Numbered from the stretch's first letter, positions 1 through 9,373 are shown. The stretch: DNA of 64,000 nucleotides from Alphaproteobacteria bacterium (GCA_965206075.1 CBDBIS010000001.1:104274-168273); one strand, 5' to 3'. The notes: generated by a model from the letters alone, not told the origin. Program-made: numbers and translations.

Positions 1-489
1 AGCGCGCCGTTCGAGAGGACCGGGCGCGACCTCTGGGACCGCATGATCGCGCTGAACCTGACCGGCGTGTTCCTGACGCTCAGGGCAGGCATGAAGGCGA
101 TGCGCGATCCCGCATGGGGGCGGCTCATCGCCGTTTCATCGACTGCCGGGCTCAAGGGCTATCCCTATGTCTCGGCCTACACGGCCGCCAAGCACGGCGT
201 GGTCGGGCTGGCGCGTGCGCTCGCGCTCGAAGTCGCGCGAACCGGCGTGACCGTGAACGCGCTCTGCCCGGGTTTCCTCGATACGGAGATGACCGAACGC
301 AGCATCGCGACGATAACCGAGGCCACCGGCATGAGCCCGGAAGACGCACGCAAGCGGCTGGCGGCATCGAATCCGCAGCAGCGCCTGATCGACCCGGAAG
401 AGGTCGCCGCGGCGGCGCTCTGGCTCTGCGGGGACGCCGCCGCCGCCGTCAACGGCCAGGCGATTGCGCTTTCGGGAGGAGAGATATGA
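1..489 (+). CDS. short-chain dehydrogenase/reductase (SDR), 5'-truncated by window edge
   Basis: Frame of ORF 43..489 stays open back to nt 1. C-terminal SDR catalytic region (S..YxxxK: 'VSSTAGLKGYPYVSAYTAAKHGV'). Stop overlaps the next start (ATGA). Confidence 0.8.
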   Translation, partial: SAPFERTGRDLWDRMIALNLTGVFLTLRAGMKAMRDPAWGRLIAVSSTAGLKGYPYVSAYTAAKHGVVGLARALALEVARTGVTVNALCPGFLDTEMTERSIATITEATGMSPEDARKRLAASNPQQRLIDPEEVAAAALWLCGDAAAAVNGQAIALSGGEI

Positions 490-947
490 ACGATCCGGAG
501 GGCAGGGGCGGGGCCGGCCTCAGCAAGCAGAGGCTGCGGCTCTGGGTGAACCTGTTGCGCACGACACGCTCCATCGAGGCGGATCTGCGCGAGGAGATGC
601 GCCGCGCCTACGGCTCGACCCTGCCGCGCTTCGATGTGCTCTCCGCGCTCGAACGCCATGCCGACGGCCTGCTGATGGGCGAGCTTTCGCGCCATCTCAT
701 GGTCTCGAACGGCAATGTCACCGGCATCGTCGAGCGGCTGGTCGCGGACGGGCTGGTGGAGCGCCTGGCGGTGGAAGGAGACCGCCGCGCGATCCTCGTC
801 CGGCTGACGCGGGCCGGCTCCCGCGCCTTCGCCGTCATGGCCGGGCAGCACGAGGACTGGGTGGACCGGCGGCTGGCGGGCATCGGCCGGGACGAGGCGC
901 AGGCCGCGATCGATACCCTCTCGCGCATCCGCGAGGACCGGCCATGA
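486..947 (+). CDS. MarR-family transcriptional regulator
   Basis: Winged-HTH MarR signature ('LPRFDVLSALERH...MGELSRHLMVSNGNVTGIVERLVADGLVER'). ATG at 486 overlaps the SDR stop; stop overlaps the ligase start. Confidence 0.8.
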   Translation: MNDPEGRGGAGLSKQRLRLWVNLLRTTRSIEADLREEMRRAYGSTLPRFDVLSALERHADGLLMGELSRHLMVSNGNVTGIVERLVADGLVERLAVEGDRRAILVRLTRAGSRAFAVMAGQHEDWVDRRLAGIGRDEAQAAIDTLSRIREDRP

Positions 948-2581
948 CCGCCGCGGGCCCGCATCTCGGCCCGAGCGGGCACGAGAATACCTTCTCGCGC
1001 GACCGGCTCCCGCCCTTCGAGCAATGGCCGGACCTCAACATGGGAGGCCTCGACTATCCAGACCGGCTCAATGCGGCCGTCGAACTGACCGACCGGATGG
1101 TCGAGAGGGGCTTCGGCGACAGCGTCGCGCTGATCGGCAACGGGCGCCGGCGCACCTACAAGGAGCTCTCCGACTGGAGCAACCGGCTCGCGCGCGCCCT
1201 GGTCGAGGATTTCGGCCTGAGGTCGGGCGAGCGCGTGCTGATCCGCTCGGCGAATAACCCGGCCATGGTCGCCTGCTGGCTGGCGGCGACCAAGGCGGGA
1301 GCGGTCGCGGTCAACACCATGCCGCTCCTGCGCGCGGCCGAACTCGGGCAGATCGTGGACAAGTGCGAACTTCGCCTCGCGCTCTGCGACACGCGCCTCA
1401 TGGACGAGCTTGCGCTGGCGGCCAAGGAGAGCCGGTTTCTCCGGCAGGTGGTCGGCTTCGACGGCACCGCCAACCACGATGCAGAGCTCGACCGGGCCGC
1501 GCTCGACAAGCCGGTCACGTTCGAGGCGGCCCCGACCGGGCGGGACGATGTCGCGCTGCTCGGCTTCACTTCGGGCACGACCGGCGCGCCCAAGGCGACG
1601 ATGCATTTCCACCGCGACCTGCTGGCGGTTGCCGACGGCTATGCGCGCGAGGTGCTGGGCGTGACCCCGGCGGATATCTTCGTCGGCTCGCCGCCGCTCG
1701 CCTTCACCTTCGGGCTGGGCGGGCTTGCGATCTTTCCGCTCCGCTTCGGCGCGGCGGCGGCGCTCCTGGAGACCGCCTCGCCGCCGAACCTGATCGCGCT
1801 CATCCAGCAATACCGGGCGACGATCTGCTTCACCGCGCCCACCGCCTACCGCGTGATGCTGCGCGAGATGGACCGGGGCGCGGACCTCTCCTCGCTGCGC
1901 TGCGCGGTCTCCGCCGGCGAGACGCTGCCCGCGCCGGTCTTCGAGGAGTGGGTCGAGAAGACCGGCAAGCCGATTCTCGACGGCATCGGCGCGACAGAGC
2001 TGCTGCACATCTTCATCTCCAACCGGCTGGACGACGCCCGGCCCGGCTGCACGGGACGGCCCGTCGGCGGCTACGAAGCGAAGGTGGTTGACCGCGACAT
2101 GCGCGAACTGCCGAGGGGCGAGCCCGGACGCCTCGCGGTGCGCGGGCCGACCGGCTGCCGTTATCTCGCCGACGACCGCCAGCGCAACTATGTCGTGGAT
2201 GGCTGGAATATCACCGGCGACCGGTTCGTGCAGGACGGGGAAGGCCGGTTCCGCTTCGTCGCCCGCAATGACGACATGATCGTCTCCTCCGGCTACAACA
2301 TTGCCGGCCCCGAGGTGGAGGCGGTGCTGCTGGCGCATGAGCAGGTGCTGGAATGCGCCGTGGTGGGGGCCCCGGACGAAGAGCGCGGCCAGATCGTCCA
2401 GGCGCATGTGGTGCTGGTGGAGGGGGCAGAGGCGGACGAGGCCACGGCCCGTTCGCTGCAAGAGCACGTCAAGGCCGCGATCGCGCCCTACAAGTATCCC
2501 CGCTCCATCGTCTTCGCCGACGCCCTGCCCAAGACCGCCACCGGCAAGATCCAGCGCTTCCGGCTGCGCTCGCCGGGCTAG
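944..2581 (+). CDS. aryl-CoA ligase (benzoate/2-aminobenzoate-CoA ligase family, AMP-binding)
   Basis: AMP-binding motifs 'TSGTTGAPKATMH' and 'YKYPRSIVFADALPKTATGKIQR'. N-terminus 'FEQWPDLNMGGLDYPDRLN' is typical of aminobenzoate/benzoate-CoA ligases. In-frame ATG at 944 after the MarR gene. Confidence 0.8.
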   Translation: MTAAGPHLGPSGHENTFSRDRLPPFEQWPDLNMGGLDYPDRLNAAVELTDRMVERGFGDSVALIGNGRRRTYKELSDWSNRLARALVEDFGLRSGERVLIRSANNPAMVACWLAATKAGAVAVNTMPLLRAAELGQIVDKCELRLALCDTRLMDELALAAKESRFLRQVVGFDGTANHDAELDRAALDKPVTFEAAPTGRDDVALLGFTSGTTGAPKATMHFHRDLLAVADGYAREVLGVTPADIFVGSPPLAFTFGLGGLAIFPLRFGAAAALLETASPPNLIALIQQYRATICFTAPTAYRVMLREMDRGADLSSLRCAVSAGETLPAPVFEEWVEKTGKPILDGIGATELLHIFISNRLDDARPGCTGRPVGGYEAKVVDRDMRELPRGEPGRLAVRGPTGCRYLADDRQRNYVVDGWNITGDRFVQDGEGRFRFVARNDDMIVSSGYNIAGPEVEAVLLAHEQVLECAVVGAPDEERGQIVQAHVVLVEGAEADEATARSLQEHVKAAIAPYKYPRSIVFADALPKTATGKIQRFRLRSPG

Positions 2582-2846
2582 CCCGCATTTCTCACCAGGG
2601 TCACGGCCTGCGTCGCTGTCCAGGCGTTCGATCCGCAAGGAGTGGGCCGAAAAGCGTAGCGGAGCCTACGATTGAGGCCCGCAACGCAGCGGGCGGACGC
2701 CTGGGCGCGACCCGAAGGGCGGCGCTGTCGGGCCGGCAGGCTGCGTCGATCCGCTTGTCCGATGCCCCGCATCGAACTGCGCGGCTCTCCTACCCTGCCG
2801 GCCCGACAGCGCCGCGCAGACCATGACCCTGGTGAGAAACGCGGGC
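2582..2846. repeat. 265-bp palindromic MITE-like repeat element, copy 1 (~30-bp terminal inverted repeats CCCGCATTTCTCACCAGGGTCA...)
   Basis: Terminal inverted repeats read directly: 5' 'cccgcatttctcaccagggtcacggcctgcg', 3' 'cgcagaccatgaccctggtgagaaacgcgggc'. The internal sequence is itself an imperfect palindrome. A second copy lies at 48882-49144. Confidence 0.75.
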
Positions 2847-3469
2847 TAGACCTCCTGCGCCTTGAGGCCGCGCTGGACGGCGGGGCGTGCGGTCATGATG
2901 TCGAACCAGCGCTTCACATTCGGGAAGCGGTCGAAGTCGAGGTCGATCCACTCGTAGCGGCAGGCCCAGGGATAGACGGCGATATCGGCGATGGAATAGT
3001 CGTCGCAGAGGAAGTCGCGCCCCTCCAGCCGCCGGTCCATGACGCCGTAGAGCCGGTAGGTCTCCTGGGTGTAGCGCTCGATGCCGTAGGGCACCTCCAC
3101 CTTGGCGGCGCGGCGGAAATGGTGCGCCTGGCCCTGCATCGGCCCGACGCCGCCCATCTGCCACATCAGCCATTGCAGCACCTCCAGGCGCCGGCGCGGC
3201 TCCGTCGGCCAGAGCGGGCTGCCGGTCTTCTCGGCGAGGTAGATCAGGATGGCGCCGCTCTCGAAGAGCGAGATCGGCCCGCCGCCGGGCCCGTCCGGAT
3301 CGACGATGGCCGGGATGCGGTTGTTCGGGCTGAGCTTCAGGAAGTCCGGATGGAACTGCTCGTCCTTGCCGATATTGACCGGGTGCCACCGGTATTCCAG
3401 CCCCAGCTCCTCCAGCATGATCGAGATCTTGCGCCCGTTGGACGTGTTCCAGCTATGGAGATGAATCAT
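2846..3469 (-). CDS. glutathione S-transferase family protein (YfcG/YghU-like)
   Basis: GST N-terminal thioredoxin-like motif ('LHSWNTSNGRKISIMLEELGLEY...RIPAIVD...ESGAILIYL') and C-terminal helical domain. Confidence 0.8.
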   Translation of the reverse strand: MIHLHSWNTSNGRKISIMLEELGLEYRWHPVNIGKDEQFHPDFLKLSPNNRIPAIVDPDGPGGGPISLFESGAILIYLAEKTGSPLWPTEPRRRLEVLQWLMWQMGGVGPMQGQAHHFRRAAKVEVPYGIERYTQETYRLYGVMDRRLEGRDFLCDDYSIADIAVYPWACRYEWIDLDFDRFPNVKRWFDIMTARPAVQRGLKAQEV

Positions 3470-3512
3470 TCGGGCCGGTCTCCCTCGGCTTTCGTCGTGA
3501 TGAAGTTCGTTG

Positions 3513-3803
3513 TCAGGCGCCCGCCCGGACGCCCTTGAGCCGCACCGCAGGCAGGCGTCTCAACTCCTGCCCGGTCGGATCGGCCTCGATACCGGCGGAC
3601 GCCAGCGCCGTCAGGCCGAGCGAAGGCTCCGCGTCCGACTCGCCGTAAAGGACGGTTGCGCCGACCGTTTCTCCCATGACCTCGATATCCGCAACCGTTG
3701 CGTCGAAAACGGCTTCGCCACCCTCAATTTTCCTGCAGATGCGCCGGCCCTTGGGTTTCAACCCTATGGCGTCGAGATGCGGCCCGGGCACGACCGAATT
3801 CAT
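3513..3803 (-). CDS. hypothetical small protein (~96 aa)
   Basis: C-terminal part of ORF 3513..4673 starting at 'MNSVVPGPHLDAIGLKPKGRRICRKIEGGEAVFDATVADIEVMGETV'. Lies downstream of the Ldh_2 gene. No convincing Shine-Dalgarno and no recognised domain. Confidence 0.25.
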   Translation of the reverse strand: MNSVVPGPHLDAIGLKPKGRRICRKIEGGEAVFDATVADIEVMGETVGATVLYGESDAEPSLGLTALASAGIEADPTGQELRRLPAVRLKGVRAGA

Positions 3804-3934
3804 CCTCGCCGTATCCACAAGGAACAGGCCTTCCCAAAGCCGTTCGGGGTCCGCCGGATTGCGGATGATTGCTGCCACACGCGCCTGTCCCACCGTTTTG
3901 CGGAGCCCCCAATTCTGAGCAATGCCGACGAAAC

Positions 3935-5041
3935 TTACCCGCCCGCCGAGCCGTTGGCGAGCAGGGCGTCGATGCGCTCGGCGGCGAGGCCCGTCGCGCG
4001 GACGGAGGAGACGATGGCGTCCCAGGCGTCGTCGGTGAGCGGCAGGCCGTGCGCGCGGCGCTCGGCGGCGGTCATGCGCTCCGGATCGCCCGGCACCAGC
4101 ACCGGCTGGTCCGGGTCCGCCGGCCGGGCGGAGAGCAGCCACTCGACATAGTCCTCCACCGCGCGCGCAAACGCCTCGCCGGGGCCGAAGGCGTCGGGCG
4201 AGGCATAGAGCGAGAACATGCCGTTGGCGAAGGGCCGGTCCGTCGGCCCGCAGACGCCGTTTCCGGTGAGCGCGCCGCCCAGCAGCTCGCACATCAGCGC
4301 CAGGCCCGAGCCCTTGTGCTCGCCCATCGCGCGGATGGCGCCCTTGCCGTCGCGGAACTGCGGCGGCGCATCGGGGCCGGCGGAGCCGTAAAGCGCCTCG
4401 GGATCGGAGGTGCGCTGTCCCTCGCCGTCGATCAGCGCGTCGTCCGGCACCGGCTTGCCGCCCTTGGCCGCCACCAGCACCTTGCCTTCCGCGACCACGG
4501 AAGTCGCGAAATCGAGCACCAGCGGCTCGCGGCCCTCGCGCGGCACGGCCACGCAGAAGGGCGCGGTGGAGAAACGCCGCTCGCGCGCGCCGTAAGGGGC
4601 GACGAGCACGCTGCCGCGCGCATTCACGAAATGGACCGAGACCAGCCCTTCCTCCGCCGCCATCGCGGCCCATTCGCCGATGCGCCCGAGATGGCCGGTA
4701 TTGCGCAGCGCGACCACGCCGACGCCCCCGGCGCGCGCCTTGTCGATGCCGCAGCGCACGGCCTGCGGGCCGATGGTCTGGCCGAAGCCGAGCCGCCCGT
4801 CGAGCACCGCCAGCGCGCCGTTGTCCGACACGGTCTCGACCTCGCGGTCGGCGACGACGCGCCCGTCGCGCAGCATGTCCAGATAGCGCGGCACGCGCAC
4901 GATGCCGTGGCTGTCATGGCCGGCGAGGTTGGCCGAGACGAGCGAGACCGCGATGCGCGCGCCCTCGGCATCGGAACAGCCCGCCGCAGCGAAGGCTTCG
5001 CCGATCAGGGATTCGGCGGTTTCGACCGGTATGCGAGGCAC
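3935..5041 (-). CDS. Ldh_2-family (malate/L-lactate/ureidoglycolate-type) NAD(P)H-dependent dehydrogenase
   Basis: Ldh_2 signature ('NLAGHDSHGIVRVPRYL', 'ALRNTGHLGRIGEWA', 'PDAPPQFRDGKGAIRAMGEHKGSGLALMCELLGG'). Start trimmed to an in-frame GTG with GGAGAA Shine-Dalgarno immediately after the upstream gene stop (5052). The longer ORF to 5155 would overlap the neighbour. Confidence 0.75.
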   Translation of the reverse strand: MPRIPVETAESLIGEAFAAAGCSDAEGARIAVSLVSANLAGHDSHGIVRVPRYLDMLRDGRVVADREVETVSDNGALAVLDGRLGFGQTIGPQAVRCGIDKARAGGVGVVALRNTGHLGRIGEWAAMAAEEGLVSVHFVNARGSVLVAPYGARERRFSTAPFCVAVPREGREPLVLDFATSVVAEGKVLVAAKGGKPVPDDALIDGEGQRTSDPEALYGSAGPDAPPQFRDGKGAIRAMGEHKGSGLALMCELLGGALTGNGVCGPTDRPFANGMFSLYASPDAFGPGEAFARAVEDYVEWLLSARPADPDQPVLVPGDPERMTAAERRAHGLPLTDDAWDAIVSSVRATGLAAERIDALLANGSAGG

Positions 5042-5051
5042 CGGGTTCTCC

Positions 5052-6086
5052 TCAGAGTGTCGGGAACAGCACTCCGAAGACGATACCGGAGAGGACCGCG
5101 CCGGCAAATCCGAGTCCGACATAGGCGAGGAAGACAGGACGCCGCACCAGCGCATAAACGGCCGTCATCGCCGGGATGCAGCTGACCGCGCCCGCGACCA
5201 TGAAGGCCATGCCGGCGCCGTTGGTCATGCCCTGCTCGATGAGCCCTGCGACCAGCGCCGGGGCGGCGTAACCGTTGAGATAGGCTGGCGCGCCGACCAG
5301 CGCTGCGACGACGATCGGCAGCAGGCCCTCGCCGCCGACCGCGCCCGCAATGGCTTCCGCCGGCAGCCAGGCCAGCATCAGGCTCTCCAGCAGGTAGGCG
5401 AGCGTCAGCCATTTGAGCAGGAAGAGCGCATTGTCCCGCGCCTCGACGGCGAACAGGCTTCGGCGGTCCGCATGGCCCCAGAAGCGCCATTCCGGCGCGC
5501 CGCCGAACGCGCTCGGCGCGCCGCAGCAGCCGCCGGCTTCGCGCGGCCTCACGGGATTGGCGAAAAAGCCGGCACGCACCGCCGCCTGCATGGCGAATCC
5601 GCCGAGGAGGCCGATCGCGACGGCGGCCACCGTCTTGCCGATGGCGAACGGCCAGCTGAGCGCGCCCGCGGTGATGAGGAAGGCGGCGGGGTCGATCAGC
5701 GGCGAGGAGAGCCAGAACGCCATTACCGCGGAGACCGGCGTGCCGAGCGCCAGCAGCGCAGCGATGAACGGGATCACCTCGCAGGAGCAGAAGGGCGCCA
5801 GGCCGCCGACCAGCGCCGCGAGCACGATCATCCGGCTTTCCCGCCCGGCAAAGGCCCGCGCCACCAGCGCGTCGGCCCCCGTCGCCTTCAGCACCGCCAC
5901 CGCGAGCACGGCGAAGGCGATGAAGGGCAGGGTTTGCGCAAGCGCGCCGAGCGTGAAGGCTACGGACGGGCGGAACTGCCCAGGGTCGGCCAGCGCAATC
6001 GCGGCCAGGATTGCCAACACGGCCAGCCAGACCTGCCCGACTTTCGGCAATTCCAAGCGTCTCAGGGTAGCGGCGAGGGCGGCCAT
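5052..6086 (-). CDS. arsP: DUF318/ArsP-family permease (putative organoarsenical efflux permease)
   Basis: Polytopic membrane protein carrying the ArsP-type 'PFCSC' motif ('LAPFCSCEVIPF'). Sits immediately downstream of an ArsR-family regulator. Confidence 0.6.
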   Translation of the reverse strand: MAALAATLRRLELPKVGQVWLAVLAILAAIALADPGQFRPSVAFTLGALAQTLPFIAFAVLAVAVLKATGADALVARAFAGRESRMIVLAALVGGLAPFCSCEVIPFIAALLALGTPVSAVMAFWLSSPLIDPAAFLITAGALSWPFAIGKTVAAVAIGLLGGFAMQAAVRAGFFANPVRPREAGGCCGAPSAFGGAPEWRFWGHADRRSLFAVEARDNALFLLKWLTLAYLLESLMLAWLPAEAIAGAVGGEGLLPIVVAALVGAPAYLNGYAAPALVAGLIEQGMTNGAGMAFMVAGAVSCIPAMTAVYALVRRPVFLAYVGLGFAGAVLSGIVFGVLFPTL

Positions 6087-6116
6087 CGGCGCGAGTCTCT
6101 ATTTCGATATTTCTAA

Positions 6117-6440
6117 CTAAATCGAAATATGCCGATGATGGCACGATCCGTCAAGATGGTCTGCGCAACATTCTTTCAGGAGGAAGCCCAGCGTTTCGTT
6201 CATCGCCTCCGCATTGGCGCGGCAGATGAGCGTGGTGCCGCGCCGCTCCCGGCTCATCAGTCCGCAATCGGCGAGCCGGCGCAGATGGTGCGAGAGCGTG
6301 GAGCGCGGAACGCCGGTGCGCTCGTGGATTTCGTTGACGGCGAGCCCCGCCTCGCCTGCCCGCACCACATGGCGGAACACGGCAAGCCGCGTCTCGTTGC
6401 CGAGCACTTCCAGCCGGACGGCGATTTCACCGAGCGTCAT
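6117..6440 (-). CDS. arsR: ArsR/SmtB-family metalloregulator with Cys/His-rich C-terminus
   Basis: ArsR winged-HTH ('VNEIHERTGVPRSTLSHHLRRLADCGLMSRERRGTTLIC'). C-terminal 'CCADHLDGSCHHRH' metal-binding cluster. Internal ATG chosen because the 5' extension to 6581 has no support. Confidence 0.75.
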   Translation of the reverse strand: MTLGEIAVRLEVLGNETRLAVFRHVVRAGEAGLAVNEIHERTGVPRSTLSHHLRRLADCGLMSRERRGTTLICRANAEAMNETLGFLLKECCADHLDGSCHHRHISI

Positions 6441-6551
6441 GGGGCCGGAGTATAGAGCGGAATCGGGCTCCGTTCGAACCGGGCATGAAAGTTGCCGGAC
6501 CTGCCTTCCCGCCGCCAAGGGTCCTATCCGGTGTATTCCGATTTTCTTCTG

Positions 6552-6569
6552 GAAATTAAGATAAATTTC
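6552..6569. promoter_or_regulatory. perfect palindrome GAAATT-N6-AATTTC in AT-rich arsR upstream region (candidate ArsR operator and/or bidirectional terminator hairpin)
   Basis: Read directly: 'ggaaattaagataaatttca'. Lies 110 nt upstream of the arsR start and ~45 nt upstream of the group II intron 5' end. Confidence 0.35.
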
Positions 6570-6615
6570 AAATATATCCACTTTTTGTTTCGATAGAGGC
6601 TTGACCTGGAGAAAA

Positions 6616-8545
6616 GTGTGCTACAATGGGCGTAGAGGAAGGCGGCTTCCGGGGCCGCCTTTCGGCTTGTGTGCCGAGCATGGCCAACAGCTTGGAGGTG
6701 CAAGTCCTCTATCCAGCCCGATGGCGGCGAAGGATTAGCGAAGCGCAAGGGCGTCGCCGCGAGGCGGGGTCTGAAGGAAGCGTGGAGCAAAGCCGCGACC
6801 CGATGGACAAGAACCGGATACGAGGCCTACCCGGCCGGACGAGCGAGCAAGCGATCGCGAAGTCCGCAGCCATCAAGGGCCGGGGTGGTAAATCCGGCGG
6901 GTGTGCGGTGAAGGCGGTTGGTCTTACCTCGGGAGGTCTGCGTCGTGTCCGGAACCCCCGGACTGAGCGGTTCCGCAAGGGCCGTGATCGCGGCGCAGAA
7001 GTCAGCAGAGGGCATAGTAGCCGGCCCCCCGGCGAAGGCCCGAACGACGGACAGGGTTATTAGGACGGCAGGCTCATGCGGACCAAGCGGCAGAACATCC
7101 AGTTGGAACTGGCCTTGGAGCCGGAGGCGAGGGGTGAAGCCCGGAGCGCCGGAGACCGAGGGACCGAAGCCCGCATGGCGCGTGCCGACCCCGAACGCCC
7201 GGCGGCTGGGCGCGGACCATCGATGGAAGCGGTGGTCGCCCCCGGCAACATGAAGAAGGCGCTGGCGCGTGTCCGGCGCAACAAGGGGGCGCCCGGCCTC
7301 GACGGGATGACCGTCGAAGAGTTGGGCGCTCACCTGAAAGACCACTGGCCCGAGACGAAGGCCCGTCTTCTGGACGGCAGCTACGAACCGCAGCCGGTTC
7401 GGCGGGTAGAGATACCGAAGGCATCGGGGGGCGTTCGCGCTCTTGGCGTGCCGACAGTGCTCGACCGCTTCATCCAGCAGGCGGCGATGCAGGTGCTGCA
7501 GGGAGACTGGGATCCCGGCTTCTCGGATGCGAGCTACGGGTTCCGGCCCGGACGCTCGGCCCATCGGGCGGTAGAGCGCGCGCAGGAGCATATCCGGGCG
7601 GGCTACGCTTATGCGGTCGATCTCGATCTGGAGAAGTTCTTCGACCGGGTGAACCACGACATCCTGATGGGACTGGTGGCCGAGCGCGTGGCCGACAAAC
7701 GCCTGCTCAGGCTCATCCGCGGCTTTCTGACCGCGGGGGTGCTGGACGGCGGACTGGTCGGCCCAACCACCGAGGGGACGCCACAGGGCGGTCCGCTCTC
7801 GCCCTTGCTGTCGAACCTGATGCTCGACGTTCTGGACAAGGAACTGGAGAAGCGCGGTCACCGCTTCGTCCGTTACGCCGACGACTGCAACATCTATGTG
7901 CGGTCCCGGCGGGCGGGCGAGCGGGTCATGGCGAGCGTGACGAGGTTCCTCGCCCGGCGGTTGAAGCTGAAGGTCAATGCAGACAAGAGCGCGGTAGACC
8001 GTCCGTCGGCGAGGGCCTTCCTGGGCTTCAGCTTCACCGCCGAGCGGGCCACGAAGCGGCGCATCGCGCCGCAGGCGCTCGCCCGGTTCAAGGCACGGGT
8101 CCGGGAGCTGACGCGCCGCACCAGGAGCGTCAGCCTCACCCGTCTCGTTGCGGAACTCTCCCGCTACCTTGTCGGGTGGCGGGGCTACTTCGGCTTCTGC
8201 GAGACCCCTTCGGTACTGCTCACCCTCGACCGATGGGTCAGACGACGGCTCCGCGCCATCGCCTGGCAGCAGTGGAAACGCGGGCGCACCCGCTTCGCGG
8301 CGCTACGCCGCCTTGGCGTCAACAAGCACTTGGCGGCGAAAACTGCCGGCAGTGTCCACGGCCCGTGGCGGCTCAGCAACAGTCCCGCGCTCGCATACGC
8401 GCTACCCAATGCCTTCTTCGACAGGCTCGGCCTCGCCTCCCTGCGAGGCCGTTCCGCAGCCTAAATCCGTCGAACCGCCGTGTACGGACCCGTATGCACG
8501 GTGGTGTGGGAGGGGTGGAGCCGTGAGGCTCCCCCCTATCCCGAT
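6616..8545 (+). mobile_element. group II intron (bacterial, endonuclease-less IEP; class C-like), boundaries approximate
   Basis: 5' GUGUG at 6616 matches the GUGYG intron start. ORF 7076..8464 encodes an RT/maturase. After the ORF there is a GNRA-capped hairpin ('ggagcc-gtga-ggctcc') consistent with domain V/VI. The 3' end was placed before the start of the flanking inverted repeat (8558). Confidence 0.6.
7076..8464 (+). CDS. group II intron-encoded reverse transcriptase/maturase (no En domain)
   Basis: RT motifs ('GAPGLDGMT', 'YAYAVDLDLEKFFDRVNHD', 'GTPQGGPLSPLLSNLMLD', 'FVRYADDCNIYV') plus maturase/X domain ('LSRYLVGWRGYFGF'). 462 aa with no HNH/En C-terminus. Confidence 0.9.
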   Translation: MRTKRQNIQLELALEPEARGEARSAGDRGTEARMARADPERPAAGRGPSMEAVVAPGNMKKALARVRRNKGAPGLDGMTVEELGAHLKDHWPETKARLLDGSYEPQPVRRVEIPKASGGVRALGVPTVLDRFIQQAAMQVLQGDWDPGFSDASYGFRPGRSAHRAVERAQEHIRAGYAYAVDLDLEKFFDRVNHDILMGLVAERVADKRLLRLIRGFLTAGVLDGGLVGPTTEGTPQGGPLSPLLSNLMLDVLDKELEKRGHRFVRYADDCNIYVRSRRAGERVMASVTRFLARRLKLKVNADKSAVDRPSARAFLGFSFTAERATKRRIAPQALARFKARVRELTRRTRSVSLTRLVAELSRYLVGWRGYFGFCETPSVLLTLDRWVRRRLRAIAWQQWKRGRTRFAALRRLGVNKHLAAKTAGSVHGPWRLSNSPALAYALPNAFFDRLGLASLRGRSAA

Positions 8546-8743
8546 TTCTGCTGAGGGAAGCAAGGGCTGGGGCCCGCAAAAAAGCCCCGGCGGGAACGAA
8601 CGGGAGAGGTGCGTCCCTCTGTCTCGCGCGCGCAATCAGGCGTGCGAACCGCGCCGGCGCAAGGCGCGCGCGGGCGGGCACAGGCGCGCACGCAGGATAC
8701 GCGCGCAAAAAGGGTCCCACTCCCGGACCGGCAAGGAGGAACC

Positions 8744-9373
8744 ATGACTGCAACCGATCCCCGCCCCCAACTGGCGGCGAAGCTGGCCGCAGGGCTGGCG
8801 CCGGCCGCCGAAGCCCTCGCCGCAGCCTATGCGGAGGACGTGGACGCCGGGCCGCCGCCGGAGGACGACCGCGCGCTTGCCGAACGCCACCGCGCCGGGC
8901 GTGCCGCGCTCGGCCATCTGCGCCAGCTCCTCGCCGTGCTCGACTGGGCCGCCGCACACCTGCCCGAACCGGAGCCGGAACCCGAAGAGGAAATGTGGGA
9001 CGGTCTCGACGACCCGTTCGAAGAGCCCGACCCTTATGTGCCGAACTATGACGGCAGCGAGGACGAGTTCCACTATGGCGGCGAGGTCTGGGCCGGCAGC
9101 CAGGAGACGCCGGAGTTCCGGGCGTGGCTGGAAAAGATGGAGCGCCGGTTCGGGCCGGTCGCGATAGGCGGGGGCCTCGGCGGCCCGATCGACTGCCATG
9201 TCAGCGGGCGGAAGTTCGTCGGCAAGCTGCCGTCGCCCGAATACACGGCATGGCGCGAAAGGCAGCACCGCCGCACGGAAGCCTCCCTCGCCCGCACTCT
9301 CGACCGCGCCCGAAACGCCCGCCCCGACAGGCAGAAAGCCGGGGCCGCAACCCCGCCGCATGACAAAACATGA
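8744..9373 (+). CDS. hypothetical acidic protein (209 aa)
   Basis: Strong Shine-Dalgarno 'caaggaggaacc' before the ATG at 8744. GC3-rich. No recognised domain ('WLEKMERRFGPVAIGGGLGGPIDCHVSGRKFVGKLPSPEYTAWRERQ'). Confidence 0.55.
   Translation: MTATDPRPQLAAKLAAGLAPAAEALAAAYAEDVDAGPPPEDDRALAERHRAGRAALGHLRQLLAVLDWAAAHLPEPEPEPEEEMWDGLDDPFEEPDPYVPNYDGSEDEFHYGGEVWAGSQETPEFRAWLEKMERRFGPVAIGGGLGGPIDCHVSGRKFVGKLPSPEYTAWRERQHRRTEASLARTLDRARNARPDRQKAGAATPPHDKT

Noticed and set aside
608-2638. 676-aa minus-strand ORF
   Set aside because: Antisense to the well-supported MarR and CoA-ligase genes. Low-complexity Arg/Gly/Ala composition.
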